The position numbers and the translations under genes are program-made. DNA of 60,371 bases, the filler included. It is 6 parts of 6 records of this genome, joined end to end, with 100 filler letters (N's around TTAATTAATTAA, not from the genome) between each part and the next. Parts side by side here need not be neighbours in the genome. Positions count along the whole stretch, not along the records: positions 1 to 5,984 come from SRR31147125_4972; positions 6,085 to 11,429 come from SRR31147125_4976; 4 more parts are not named here. One strand, given 5' to 3'. Within the stretch, counting starts at the first letter, position 1. Every line of letters starts with the position of its first letter. Positions 1 to 9,571 of the stretch are shown here, piece by piece. The notes beneath the pieces were generated by a model. That model saw nothing but the letters and a program-made list of their open reading frames with translations, was not told the origin of the DNA and did not search any database.

Positions 1-2
1 TT

Positions 3-584
3 ATTGTTCTCTTAGCAATCGCCTTAGCTACATTTGCTTTCGCTGAAGGTTTTGGAATGAAAGCATATGTTGCCGGTGGTGTGGTTGAACCAGGTTTAGT
101 TGGTACATCTGTAGGTGCTTATAATCATAATCCAATTAAAACCGGTTTTGATGTGAAATTGGGTGTTCGTAAACCTTTGGCAGATTTCTTCGAACTGCCT
201 GAATTTTTACCCTTGGTTGCACAAGTAGGTCTTTCTTATCAAAGAAATGTCGCAAAAAGCTTCCTAGCCAGTGACTTGAATATGATTTCTTTGAATATTG
301 ATGCTCTATATGCTCTTGATAAAGTTGTGGAAATCCCTGTTGTGGATGTTTTGCCTTTCTTGGGACTGAAATATGACGCTCACATTTATGACACCTTTGT
401 AAGTGCTCTTGGTTTACAATTAGGTGCCATGGTATGTTATGATCTAAGCGATCTTGTAGTTGAAGGCCTTGGTGTTGAATTAGTCTTAGGTGAAACCTTT
501 GATTTCGCTCTTAATGGCGTACCGCAAGTATTCCTTGGATCTGCATATGCTAATCTTGGTGTTTCATACGCATTTGAATTCTAA
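3..584 (+). CDS. Outer-membrane beta-barrel protein, 5'-partial
   Basis: Frame is open from the window start (IVLLAIALATFAFAEG..., signal-peptide-like). Alternating hydrophobic strands and C-terminal YAFEF (BAM-type terminal Phe). Confidence 0.7.
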   Translation: MVLLAIALATFAFAEGFGMKAYVAGGVVEPGLVGTSVGAYNHNPIKTGFDVKLGVRKPLADFFELPEFLPLVAQVGLSYQRNVAKSFLASDLNMISLNIDALYALDKVVEIPVVDVLPFLGLKYDAHIYDTFVSALGLQLGAMVCYDLSDLVVEGLGVELVLGETFDFALNGVPQVFLGSAYANLGVSYAFEF

Positions 585-605
585 TGCGATTCTGAAAATA
601 GTATT

Positions 606-633
606 AAGCCCTGTTTTACAGCAGGGCTTTTTT
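606..633 (+). terminator. Intrinsic terminator
   Basis: AAGCCCTG...CAGGGCTT stem followed by a T-tract. Confidence 0.8.
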
Positions 634-702
634 ATATGTTGAAACATTTTTCATTTATACATGAATTGTGTATATTTAACGATGTAAAAAAAGAGGTTTG
701 AC

Positions 703-2070
703 ATGAATGAATTTATATTTCGCGAATACGATATCAGGGGTGTGGTAAAAGAAGACTTCACAGATGATGTAGTTATTGGATTGGGAAAAGGTTTTGGTAC
801 CTGGTTGATCAGGCATGGCGCAAAAAGCATGACTTTGAGTGGTGATGTTAGAATTACAACTCCCCATTTAAAGGAAATGTTTGCCAAAGGAGCATTATCA
901 ACCGGATTGGATGTTGTTGATATTGGTATTTTGCCTACGCCTTTGAATTATTACAGTCAGTTTGTTCGATCAGTTGATGCTGCTGTTCAGATCACCGGAA
1001 GTCATAATCCACCCGAATTTAACGGGTTTAAACTTTCATATGATAAGCAAGCATTTTATGGTGCTCAAATTCAGGAAATCAAAGAGCTTATCAAAGCGAG
1101 TGACTTTGAAGTTGGTGAAGGTAAATTCTCAACAGATGACAAGATCAAAGACGAATACCTGGATGAAGTTAGTTCAAAGATCAATGTTGAAAGAAAACTG
1201 AAGGTAGTTGTTGATTCCGGAAATGCTGCCGGTGGATTGGCCGCACCTGAATTATATAAGAGATTGAATGTAGAATTGACTGAGCTATATAGTGAGATCG
1301 ATGGGACTTTCCCAAATCATCATCCGGATCCCACAGTTGAGAAAAACATTATTGATTTGATCAATTTAATGAAAACAGGTAAATATGATGTAGGTATCGC
1401 TTATGATGGCGATGCGGATAGAGTTGGGGTTGTTGATAACAAAGGACGGATCATCTGGGCAGACCAATTGATGGCTCTTTTCCTGCCGGAAGTAATAAGC
1501 GAACCAGGAACGCCGATTGTATTTGATGTTAAATGTTCTCAGGTATTGGAAGATGAAGTGATCAAGCATGGCGGTAAGCCCATTATGTGGAAAACAGGCC
1601 ACAGCGTGCTGAAGCAGAAAATGAAAGAGCTCAAAGGACCCTTTGGCGGTGAAATGAGTGGGCATATTTTCTTTGCGGATGATTATTATGGTTTTGATGA
1701 TGCAATTTATGTATCAGCCAGACTTGTTCAAATGCTGTCACGTTCTGATAAACCAATGAGTGATTATCTTGATGCCTTGCCTAAATTCGTATCTACACCG
1801 GAAATTCGCTTACATGCCGAATCCGATCAAGCAAAATTTGACATGGCGGAAAAGGCATTTGAATATTTTTCAAAGAATTATGATTGTATCACTGTTGATG
1901 GAGTTCGTATTCGCTTCGACGAAGGCTGGGGCCTTGTAAGAGCTTCAAATACCCAACCTGTGATAGTTATGAGGTTTGAAGCAAATAATGCTGATGCTTT
2001 AGAAAAGTATAAAACTTTAGTCATGAACAAATTATCTGAATTTGGTACCTTGACGGAAGAAGATCATTAA
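703..2070 (+). CDS. Phosphomannomutase/phosphoglucomutase
   Basis: IFREYDIRG start, TGSHNP phosphoserine loop, DGDADR metal loop, GEMSGH. Confidence 0.95.
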   Translation: MNEFIFREYDIRGVVKEDFTDDVVIGLGKGFGTWLIRHGAKSMTLSGDVRITTPHLKEMFAKGALSTGLDVVDIGILPTPLNYYSQFVRSVDAAVQITGSHNPPEFNGFKLSYDKQAFYGAQIQEIKELIKASDFEVGEGKFSTDDKIKDEYLDEVSSKINVERKLKVVVDSGNAAGGLAAPELYKRLNVELTELYSEIDGTFPNHHPDPTVEKNIIDLINLMKTGKYDVGIAYDGDADRVGVVDNKGRIIWADQLMALFLPEVISEPGTPIVFDVKCSQVLEDEVIKHGGKPIMWKTGHSVLKQKMKELKGPFGGEMSGHIFFADDYYGFDDAIYVSARLVQMLSRSDKPMSDYLDALPKFVSTPEIRLHAESDQAKFDMAEKAFEYFSKNYDCITVDGVRIRFDEGWGLVRASNTQPVIVMRFEANNADALEKYKTLVMNKLSEFGTLTEEDH

Positions 2071-2071
2071 T

Positions 2072-3055
2072 TTGAATTTTAAGTCATTTTACAGCGAATT
2101 TATTAATGGATTCATAAATAAATACGGGAGTTGCGTTCACAATGTATCTCCCGTATCACTCTATGATCCCATTCACTATGTGTTGAAACATCCCGGAAAA
2201 CAGATTCGTCCTGCAATACTTGCCGCAACAGCATTGAATTTTGATAATATTCCTTATGATGATATCTATCCTGCTGCATGCTGTCTTGAAATGATCCACA
2301 ATTTCACACTTGTTCATGATGATATTATGGATAATGACGATTTACGGCATGGAGAAAAGACCGTTCATGCAAAATGGGGTGTTAATGATGCGATCTTAGC
2401 GGGTGATGGTTTATTTGCCATTGCTCTTCAACAACTTGATCATTATTCAAAAGATCCCGCACTTTATACCAGACTTATGCCTCTGGTATTAAATGCTGTA
2501 TCTGTCGTCTGTGAAGGCCAGGCATTGGATATGGAATTTGAACTACGTGATGATGTTGCTTTGGATGAATATCTGGAAATGGTTGAAAAGAAAACAGCTT
2601 TTCTTTTGTCAGTATCAGCCAGAGTGGGAGCTATTATCGGGAAGGCAAGTAAAGATGAAGAAGAGCTAAGCGAAAAGATCATAAAGGAACTAGGTATTAT
2701 TTTCCAGATCCAGGATGATCTGCTTGAATTGACTTCCGATACAGAGCAGATGGGTAAAAGTCTGGGTTCCGATCTGGTTAAGCAGAAAAAAACTTTTCCT
2801 TATCTATTTGCAAAAAAAGATATGGAAATAGAAGCTTGGTTGGAATTTCAGAATAAGATTAAAGAAGACTATATCGCCATAAATGGTATTGATCCCGCAA
2901 GGGAAGTTCTTGAAAATAATTTTATATTTGATAGAGTTAGGGAAGTTATTACATTACGTCATGAAAGTATTCAGGATATGATCGCCAAGCTTCCGGAAGG
3001 GAAACGGGATGTATTCTATTCCATGGTTGAATTTGTTATGAACAGGGAAAAATAA
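2072..3055 (+). CDS. Polyprenyl (GGPP/FPP-type) diphosphate synthase
   Basis: GKQIRP, LVHDDIMD (first Asp-rich motif), EGQALD, KKTA, FQIQDDLLE. TTG start. Confidence 0.92.
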   Translation: MNFKSFYSEFINGFINKYGSCVHNVSPVSLYDPIHYVLKHPGKQIRPAILAATALNFDNIPYDDIYPAACCLEMIHNFTLVHDDIMDNDDLRHGEKTVHAKWGVNDAILAGDGLFAIALQQLDHYSKDPALYTRLMPLVLNAVSVVCEGQALDMEFELRDDVALDEYLEMVEKKTAFLLSVSARVGAIIGKASKDEEELSEKIIKELGIIFQIQDDLLELTSDTEQMGKSLGSDLVKQKKTFPYLFAKKDMEIEAWLEFQNKIKEDYIAINGIDPAREVLENNFIFDRVREVITLRHESIQDMIAKLPEGKRDVFYSMVEFVMNREK

Positions 3056-3330
3056 TGGTTTCTAAGACTGCTACGATCTTAAATAAACAGGGTTTACATG
3101 CCAGACCAGCGACTGCCATGGTTAATGCTGCTGCAAAATTTAAATCAGAAATATTTATTTGCAAAGATGAGAAAAAAGTGAATGGAAAATCCATTCTCGG
3201 ACTTTTGGTATTAGCTGCTGAAAGTGGATCAATATTAACGATCGAAGCAAGTGGGCCCGATGAAAATGAAGCTGTAGATGCATTGGTGGAACTTGTTGAC
3301 GATCATTTTGGAATGGGTCAAAATAGTTAA
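3055..3330 (+). CDS. ptsH: Phosphocarrier protein HPr
   Basis: GLHARPA (His15) and GKSILG (Ser46). Confidence 0.95.
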   Translation: MVSKTATILNKQGLHARPATAMVNAAAKFKSEIFICKDEKKVNGKSILGLLVLAAESGSILTIEASGPDENEAVDALVELVDDHFGMGQNS

Positions 3331-3335
3331 ATAAA

Positions 3336-5090
3336 ATGTCTAAACATGATGATAAAAATCTTTTAAACGGACTTTCGGCTTCGAAAGGGATCGTTATCGG
3401 AACAGCATATGTCCGAAAAGCGGATCAGGAAATGATCATACCCAGATCATTGGTCCATGGTAACTTGATCCCTGAAGAAATGAAAAAACTTGAAGAAGCC
3501 CAAAAATTAGTTTCTGAAGAACTTGAGCTTGTTAGAACAAAAATTGAAGAGCGTCTAGGCTCGTCATACAGCGATATTATTTCAGCACAACTTGCAATCC
3601 TGAAGGATCAAGAGATCGTGCAGCAGGTTCAGGCATATATTGAAGAGCATCATGTGAATGTTGCCTTTGCCTATAAATTGGTGGTTAATCAGTATGTAGA
3701 GCTTCTTGAGGACAATGATTCGGAGTATTTTAAGGAGCGTGTCGCCGATATTCGTGATATCAAACGACGAGTTATTCGTGCCCTAATATCGAAGAAAACC
3801 GTATTGTCATCTTTAAATGCTGATCTTCCAACGATTTTTGTTGCGAGAGATATCAATCCTGCTGATATCATGATGTTGGTATCGGAAAATGTTGTTGGTT
3901 TTATTTGCGAATTTGGTGGAAAAACTTCCCATGTAGCTATTTTGGCAAGAGCAATGAATGTTCCCATGATATCAGGAGTAAAAGATGCCACTCAGTTAAT
4001 TGAAAGTGGACAAACTTGCGTTCTGGATGCCGATAAAGCAAAGATCTATATCCAACCAAGTCAGGAAATGCTGGATGAATACGATCGCGAAATTATTGAG
4101 GTAAGCAGAAAAGAAGAAGAATTTATTGCAGCATATAAAAAGAAGGCTGTTACTAAAGATGGATATGCTTTTAAGCTTGCTGCAAATATCTCTTTACCTG
4201 TTGAAGTTGATGATGTAAAGAAATACGGCGGGGAAGGTATTGGCCTTTACCGTACAGAGTATTTATATCTTATGAAACAGCATCTACCTGAAGAAGAAGA
4301 GTTATTCAATGAATATCGATATGTTGCCGAGGCTATGGAAGGTAAGGAAGTTGTGATACGGACCATTGATCTTGGCGGCGATAAAATGTCAGCGCTTTGG
4401 AAAAAAGATGTTCGTTATGAATCAAATCCTTTTATGGGATATCGGGCTATTAGGATATGTCTTGATAATCCCAGCGTGTTCAGTACGCAATTAAGAGCAA
4501 TTATGAGGGCTTCGGCTTTTGGAAAGGTTTCGATATTAATTCCTATGATCACCCATATTGAGGAATTAACTCAAAGCCTTGAACATATTGAATCAGTAAA
4601 AGCCGAATTGAAAAAAGAAAAGATACCATTTGATGAGTCAATAAAGATTGGCATGATGGTAGAAACACCATCAGTTGTCATGAATATTGAACCTTACGCC
4701 GAAAAAGTGGATTATTTCTCAATTGGAACCAATGATCTGACCCAATATGGGCTTGCAGTTGACAGGGGTAATGAAAAGGTTACAGAAGTTTATAATCATT
4801 ACGATCCCGCGATAATCAAGATGATAAAAACAGTTGTTGATGCAGGGCATGAAGCTGGCATACCGGTTTTCGTTTGTGGGGAAATGGCTTCGGAATTCAG
4901 AGCTCTTGTACTATTTTCTGCAATGAAAGTGGATGGTTTAAGTGTGGCTCCACGCTATATTGGTGAAGTTCGTGACAGGATCAATGCTTGTGATCAGAAA
5001 AAAGCCAGGGAACATTTGGAAAAGATCCTGGATATGTCAACCAGAAAAGAGATCGTTGATTACATTGATAATTTAAAGGATTGTTTCTAG
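3336..5090 (+). CDS. ptsI: PTS enzyme I (PEP-protein phosphotransferase)
   Basis: TSHVAILAR phospho-His, GIGLYRTE, RTIDLGGDK, FSIGTNDLTQY, VCGEMA. Confidence 0.95.
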   Translation: MSKHDDKNLLNGLSASKGIVIGTAYVRKADQEMIIPRSLVHGNLIPEEMKKLEEAQKLVSEELELVRTKIEERLGSSYSDIISAQLAILKDQEIVQQVQAYIEEHHVNVAFAYKLVVNQYVELLEDNDSEYFKERVADIRDIKRRVIRALISKKTVLSSLNADLPTIFVARDINPADIMMLVSENVVGFICEFGGKTSHVAILARAMNVPMISGVKDATQLIESGQTCVLDADKAKIYIQPSQEMLDEYDREIIEVSRKEEEFIAAYKKKAVTKDGYAFKLAANISLPVEVDDVKKYGGEGIGLYRTEYLYLMKQHLPEEEELFNEYRYVAEAMEGKEVVIRTIDLGGDKMSALWKKDVRYESNPFMGYRAIRICLDNPSVFSTQLRAIMRASAFGKVSILIPMITHIEELTQSLEHIESVKAELKKEKIPFDESIKIGMMVETPSVVMNIEPYAEKVDYFSIGTNDLTQYGLAVDRGNEKVTEVYNHYDPAIIKMIKTVVDAGHEAGIPVFVCGEMASEFRALVLFSAMKVDGLSVAPRYIGEVRDRINACDQKKAREHLEKILDMSTRKEIVDYIDNLKDCF

Positions 5091-5842
5091 TCTGAATCTG
5101 ATAATGTGCTTAATGCTTGGCGAGCTGCCCTCTGTGAGGCAGCTTTTTTTGTTGTACCGGAACCGGTACCGTACCATTCACTCCCGACCATAACAGAAAT
5201 TTCAAAGTATTTACCATGAGCCGGACCTTCTTCGTGCGTTGTAACGAATTTTGGCATATCCATATTGTTCTGTTGGCAATATTCAAGTAGCTTGCCCTTA
5301 TAATTCTGGATTTCCGCAGCAGGGAGAAGTCTTTTATGTTTTGATAATAAAGTCTGATATGTGAAATCATGAGCGGCTTTGAGTCCACCATCAAGATATA
5401 AAGCACCAACGAATGACTCATAAATATCACAAAGAATAGATGAAGAATTTCTCAGATTATCATTCTCGCCGCTTTTTCCAAGAAGAAGGAATTGACCAAA
5501 ATGCAGACCCCGAGCGATCGAAGCAAGTGTTGTTCGATTAACAAGTTTAGCTCTCATTTGAGTTAATTCACCTTCTTTTGCATCTGCGAATTGCTCAAAT
5601 AAGAATCGGGTTACGATCATTTCAATGACTGCATCTCCCAGGAATTCAAGCCTTTCGTAAGAGTCAACTTTTGTCTGTGTTTCATAATCAATAGCGGAAG
5701 TGTGAGTAAAAGCTTGTTTTAACAGGTCTTCATCCTCAAAAGAATAGGGATGAACGCCATAAACCTTCTTCGCAAGCTTATGGGGCTTGCTGGGGAAGAA
5801 GGAAAAATAAAGTGATTTAATTTTATTAAGGATACTTGCCAT
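5087..5842 (-). CDS. rnc: Ribonuclease III
   Basis: ERLEFLGDA signature and C-terminal dsRBD (GSGTTKKAASQRAA). Confidence 0.96.
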   Translation of the reverse strand: MASILNKIKSLYFSFFPSKPHKLAKKVYGVHPYSFEDEDLLKQAFTHTSAIDYETQTKVDSYERLEFLGDAVIEMIVTRFLFEQFADAKEGELTQMRAKLVNRTTLASIARGLHFGQFLLLGKSGENDNLRNSSSILCDIYESFVGALYLDGGLKAAHDFTYQTLLSKHKRLLPAAEIQNYKGKLLEYCQQNNMDMPKFVTTHEEGPAHGKYFEISVMVGSEWYGTGSGTTKKAASQRAARQALSTLSDSD

Positions 5843-5856
5843 AATAAAAAAATATG

Positions 5857-5904
5857 GCAGATAAAATATAAGAACGAAATAACTCGTCCTTATAGTTTAC
5901 CTGC
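5857..5904 (-). promoter_or_regulatory. ~21-bp stem-loop in the rnc leader (RNase III autoregulatory site or rpmF terminator)
   Basis: Minus strand GCAGGTAAACTATAAGGACGA-GTTATT-TCGTTCTTATATTTTATCTGC pairs almost perfectly using G-U wobbles. A T-tract follows. Confidence 0.6.
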
Positions 5905-5911
5905 GGATATA

Positions 5912-5984
5912 TTAATTTTCTTTAGGTGTGATAACCGGGCGGCCTTTGTAGTATCCGCAATGCTGACATACGTGATGTGGCATT
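5912..5984 (-). CDS. rpmF: 50S ribosomal protein L32, 3' part (not in ORF track)
   Basis: Manual translation gives MPHHVCQHCGYYKGRPVITPKEN*, the L32 zinc-knuckle C-terminus. Confidence 0.9.
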
Positions 5985-6084
5985 NNNNNNNNNNNNNNNN
6001 NNNNNNNNNNNNNNNNNNNNNNNNNNNNTTAATTAATTAANNNNNNNNNNNNNNNNNNNNNNNNNNNNNNNNNNNNNNNNNNNN
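5985..6084. other. Artificial contig linker
   Basis: N run, TTAATTAATTAA (stops in all six frames), N run. Confidence 0.99.
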
Positions 6085-6419
6085 CGGTAAGTTGCCACTA
6101 TCTCTCCCTCTGAATCAATGAGGACAGATGTATTGTTCAACTTCTCTTGACCGGGCACTTTTTCAATGAAAGATCCATTGTGAATATACACCTTGTATTT
6201 CTTTGCCATTTTCCTAAAGGCTTCAATAACAGAACCCTCTATCGTTGTAGCATGCTCCTTTGCTCCTTCTTGAGACAAGTAGGTCGAGCATTCTGGAAAC
6301 ACAACAAGTTGTGCTCCTTGATCTGCACAGTCTGCTACTATTTTTTCAATATCTTCTAAATTTTTATTAAGATCATCTTGAGTATTCAACTGCCCAATAC
6401 CTATTCTAAGTTTATCCAT
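6085..6419 (-). CDS. Carbon-nitrogen hydrolase (Nit/omega-amidase-like), 3'-truncated by the contig end
   Basis: IGIGQLN, LVVFPEC (catalytic Glu), NTSVLID..GEIVATY. Confidence 0.88.
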
Positions 6420-6430
6420 TCTTTTCTCCT

Positions 6431-7714
6431 CTACTTAAATATTATACTTGGCAGCCACATGGTTATCGCTGGAACAAAGGTTACTAAAATCAGCGAAAGC
6501 AGCAGGGGTATATAATATGGTATAAACGATTTAATAACTTTCGTAAGAGGCAAATCTGTAATGGAACTCATAATGAAAAGCCCAACACCAACAGGTGGTG
6601 TAGAGTAACCTATTAAAGAGTTAAAAGTCATTATAACGCCAAATTGTATTCGATCAACACCTATCATATCCATAATAGGTAGAAGGATTGGAATCATAAT
6701 TAGCTTAATAGACATGCCATCTAAAACCATCCCTAGTAGGATAAGAAATAGGTTGACCACAATTAACATAAGGTACTTGTTAGTCGTCAAAGAAAACAGG
6801 AGATCCGATGTCATAGCTGGAATTCTTTCAACTGTACTTACCCAGCCGATAGACTTACCCATACCAATGAGAAACATAATGAGAGCTGCTGAATAAACAG
6901 TCTGTTTAAGTGCAGTCTTTATCCCCTCAAAGGTGAGTTCTTTGTAGATCAAGCCCACAAGCATTGAATAAACTACTGCGATTATTCCTGCTTCTGTAGG
7001 TGTTACAAAACCAGACATGATACTACCAATTAGTATAATAGGCGCTAAAAGTGCGAAAAAACCTTCTTTAAATGTTGTTACAAGTCTATCCTTCTCAAAG
7101 GGTTCAGGTTCAGGCATAATGACTTTACCCGATTTGTAAAGATAGTAATTGGTAAACATCAAAATAACTCCAACCATAATGCCTGGTATGATACCCGCAA
7201 TAAAAAGCTTTGCGATGGATACATTTGCAAGCATTGCATATATCAAAAATGGCACACTTGGCGGAATAACAGGACCAATAACAGATGATGCAAGTGTTAC
7301 AGCCGTGGCAAAAGGTTTATCATAGCCCTTGTCTGTCATGGCCTCAATCTCAACAAGTCCAAGCCCCGCAGCATCTGCAGAAGCAGTACCAGATATGCCT
7401 GAAAAAATCATACTCGCCAAGACATTAACCTGTGCAAGTCCCCCAGTAATGTGTCCTATGGCAGCATTTGAAAAATCAAAAATTCTGTGGGTTATACCAC
7501 CAAAATTCATTAAATTGCCCGCTAAAACAAAGTATGGAATAGCGATTAAAGTATAACCACTGGTTCCACTGGTTACCATATCCGGTAAGATTTCAATAGG
7601 ATAGTTTCCCATAAATAGACCTATTAGAGCAGAAATACCCATTGAATAGGCGATGGGAAACCCAATAAAAATCATTACAAGGAATGATACCAACAATACA
7701 ATCCCTATCTCCAT
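6431..7714 (-). CDS. TRAP transporter large permease DctM
   Basis: GGLAQVNV, FSGISGTASADAA, GPVIPPS, TPTEAG, TPPVG motifs. Confidence 0.95.
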   Translation of the reverse strand: MEIGIVLLVSFLVMIFIGFPIAYSMGISALIGLFMGNYPIEILPDMVTSGTSGYTLIAIPYFVLAGNLMNFGGITHRIFDFSNAAIGHITGGLAQVNVLASMIFSGISGTASADAAGLGLVEIEAMTDKGYDKPFATAVTLASSVIGPVIPPSVPFLIYAMLANVSIAKLFIAGIIPGIMVGVILMFTNYYLYKSGKVIMPEPEPFEKDRLVTTFKEGFFALLAPIILIGSIMSGFVTPTEAGIIAVVYSMLVGLIYKELTFEGIKTALKQTVYSAALIMFLIGMGKSIGWVSTVERIPAMTSDLLFSLTTNKYLMLIVVNLFLILLGMVLDGMSIKLIMIPILLPIMDMIGVDRIQFGVIMTFNSLIGYSTPPVGVGLFIMSSITDLPLTKVIKSFIPYYIPLLLSLILVTFVPAITMWLPSIIFK

Positions 7715-8211
7715 GCTTTTCCACCACCTTTACTAAGAGCCTTTATATCCTTCAATATTTCTTCAAAATATATAAGTGCCACACTCACACTGTTTATGAT
7801 TACTGGCAAAATATACAATGTCCTTGGGATGCCAGATGTCAATGTTCCAATACCAATCTGCTTTAATAGATAGAAATAGCCATGATAGGAAAATATTAAT
7901 AAAAACAAAAGCATAACAAGGTGTATAAACATCTCCACTACAAATCTCACCTTGCTGTTTAATCTGCTAGTGATTAGATCTATCTTAATATCCTTTTTAT
8001 CATATACAATTTTCGTAAACCCGCAGAAAATCATCCATACCATCAATAAGACACTTACCTCTTGAATCCAAATGAGCGACTTATTAAAAAAGGTTCTCAT
8101 CAATATTTCATATAGATTAAGAGGTACGATGACACCTAAAGTCGTCATGGCAACAGCCATTTGTATGTCGCTGATTTTCTGAACGAGTATACTGTATTTA
8201 GATTTATTCAA
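7705..8211 (-). CDS. TRAP transporter small permease DctQ
   Basis: Four TM segments, WIQEVS, IKIDLI. Lies between dctP and dctM. Confidence 0.9.
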   Translation of the reverse strand: MNKSKYSILVQKISDIQMAVAMTTLGVIVPLNLYEILMRTFFNKSLIWIQEVSVLLMVWMIFCGFTKIVYDKKDIKIDLITSRLNSKVRFVVEMFIHLVMLLFLLIFSYHGYFYLLKQIGIGTLTSGIPRTLYILPVIINSVSVALIYFEEILKDIKALSKGGGKAWR

Positions 8212-8279
8212 AAGTATACCTCCTTCCTGATAAAAAATGCCCCCATTATCTTTAATGGGAGCACATTTAATTTTATTTT

Positions 8280-9365
8280 CTAGTTTTCAAGAATTGACTT
8301 GATAACGCCTTCTCCATATTCCCCAGCTGCATCTAACTCTAAGTAGTGATCCATTAATTTTTCTCTGAAGGGTACAGTATCAATTTCAAAGAACTCGGCA
8401 TTGTGTTCCGTAATCATCAATTGGATTTGCTCATCAACTGAATCTAAAGATAGTTGTGTTGCATACTCTCCCGCTTCATTTGAACAGTCTATTAGAAGTT
8501 GTTGCTGCTCTTCTGTAAGGGCATTAAATTTGTCACCATTCATCACATAACCAATGTATTGTGGAAACTCATTTACATATGAAACATAAGGTGCTACTTC
8601 AGTAAACTTCATGTTATAAACCATTGAAATAGGTGATGTAACCGCTTCAACAGTTCCCTGCTTCAATGCTAGGTATGTTTCTGTCCATGCAATCTGAATT
8701 GGATTAGCACCAAGTTCTGCATATGCATTCATTGACATTGCGTTTCCAGAAAGTCTCAATCTCAACCTTTGAAGATCTTCAAGGCTCTCAACAGGTCTTG
8801 TAGATAATAATACTCTATAAGGTCCCCTTGCGAAACTTCTTTCAGTACTAAGAAGTTTTAAACCATTTTCAACAAGTGATGCTTCAACACCCTTACCAAA
8901 ATCACCTTCCATAACTTCTTTGAACTGTTCTTCACTTGTGAACAAGTATGGTAAGTTTTCAATTTTAACTTGTGGTGCATAGTTTGCAAAGAATGCCAAT
9001 CCTTCTGCGTAGATATCTTGAGCACCATTCAATACATTATTTACTTGAGTTGTAGAATCTCCCAACTGCTCTGATGGATAAATAATAATCTCAATTTCCC
9101 CATTGGATTTTTCTTTAACTAAATCTGCAAAATACTGATGTCCCATTCCCTCAATGGATTCCTCAGACATTTTTGTTCCCATTTTTAATTCAATCGGCTC
9201 AACCTCTGGTTCAGGTTCTGGTTCAGGCTCTGCTTCAACTACTGCTTCAGGTTCACTGCTTTCTACTTCTGCTGCTGGTTCAGTAGCTTCATTACTTTGA
9301 CTTGTACATCCTACAGATAATGCCAAAATGAGCACCATCACTAGAACTAATCCAAATCTCTTCAT
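8280..9365 (-). CDS. TRAP substrate-binding lipoprotein DctP
   Basis: Lipobox LSVGC, EP-repeat linker, YPSEQLG, LEDLQRLRLR, ETYLALKQGTVE. Confidence 0.93.
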   Translation of the reverse strand: MKRFGLVLVMVLILALSVGCTSQSNEATEPAAEVESSEPEAVVEAEPEPEPEPEVEPIELKMGTKMSEESIEGMGHQYFADLVKEKSNGEIEIIIYPSEQLGDSTTQVNNVLNGAQDIYAEGLAFFANYAPQVKIENLPYLFTSEEQFKEVMEGDFGKGVEASLVENGLKLLSTERSFARGPYRVLLSTRPVESLEDLQRLRLRLSGNAMSMNAYAELGANPIQIAWTETYLALKQGTVEAVTSPISMVYNMKFTEVAPYVSYVNEFPQYIGYVMNGDKFNALTEEQQQLLIDCSNEAGEYATQLSLDSVDEQIQLMITEHNAEFFEIDTVPFREKLMDHYLELDAAGEYGEGVIKSILEN

Positions 9366-9498
9366 TGTTAAACCCCTCCTCGTTTTCCTCTAAAACCATT
9401 GCCAAAACATACATACATTTCTTAATGATTTCAAGTGTTTCATTCGTTAATCTAATTCTATATAAATAGTAAGTGCATTTCAATCTAAATAATTTGGA

Positions 9499-9514
9499 AT
9501 TGTACTAGTACAAT
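9499..9514. promoter_or_regulatory. Perfect 16-bp palindrome, probable MocR operator
   Basis: ATTGTACTAGTACAAT lies between the divergent dctP and MocR-family genes. Confidence 0.6.
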
Positions 9515-9571
9515 CGATGTGGTATTCTTTATTTATACGAAGGTTGTTCAGAATATCATTTGGAGGATTAA

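Noticed and set aside
5985-6084. TTAATTAATTAA as a biological repeat, and ORFs running into X residues
   Set aside because: Assembly linker. The ORF ends inside it are artificial.
9195-9285. Short tandem GGTTCA/GGTTCT repeats as a contingency locus
   Set aside because: They encode an ordinary Glu-Pro linker of the lipoprotein with varied codons.
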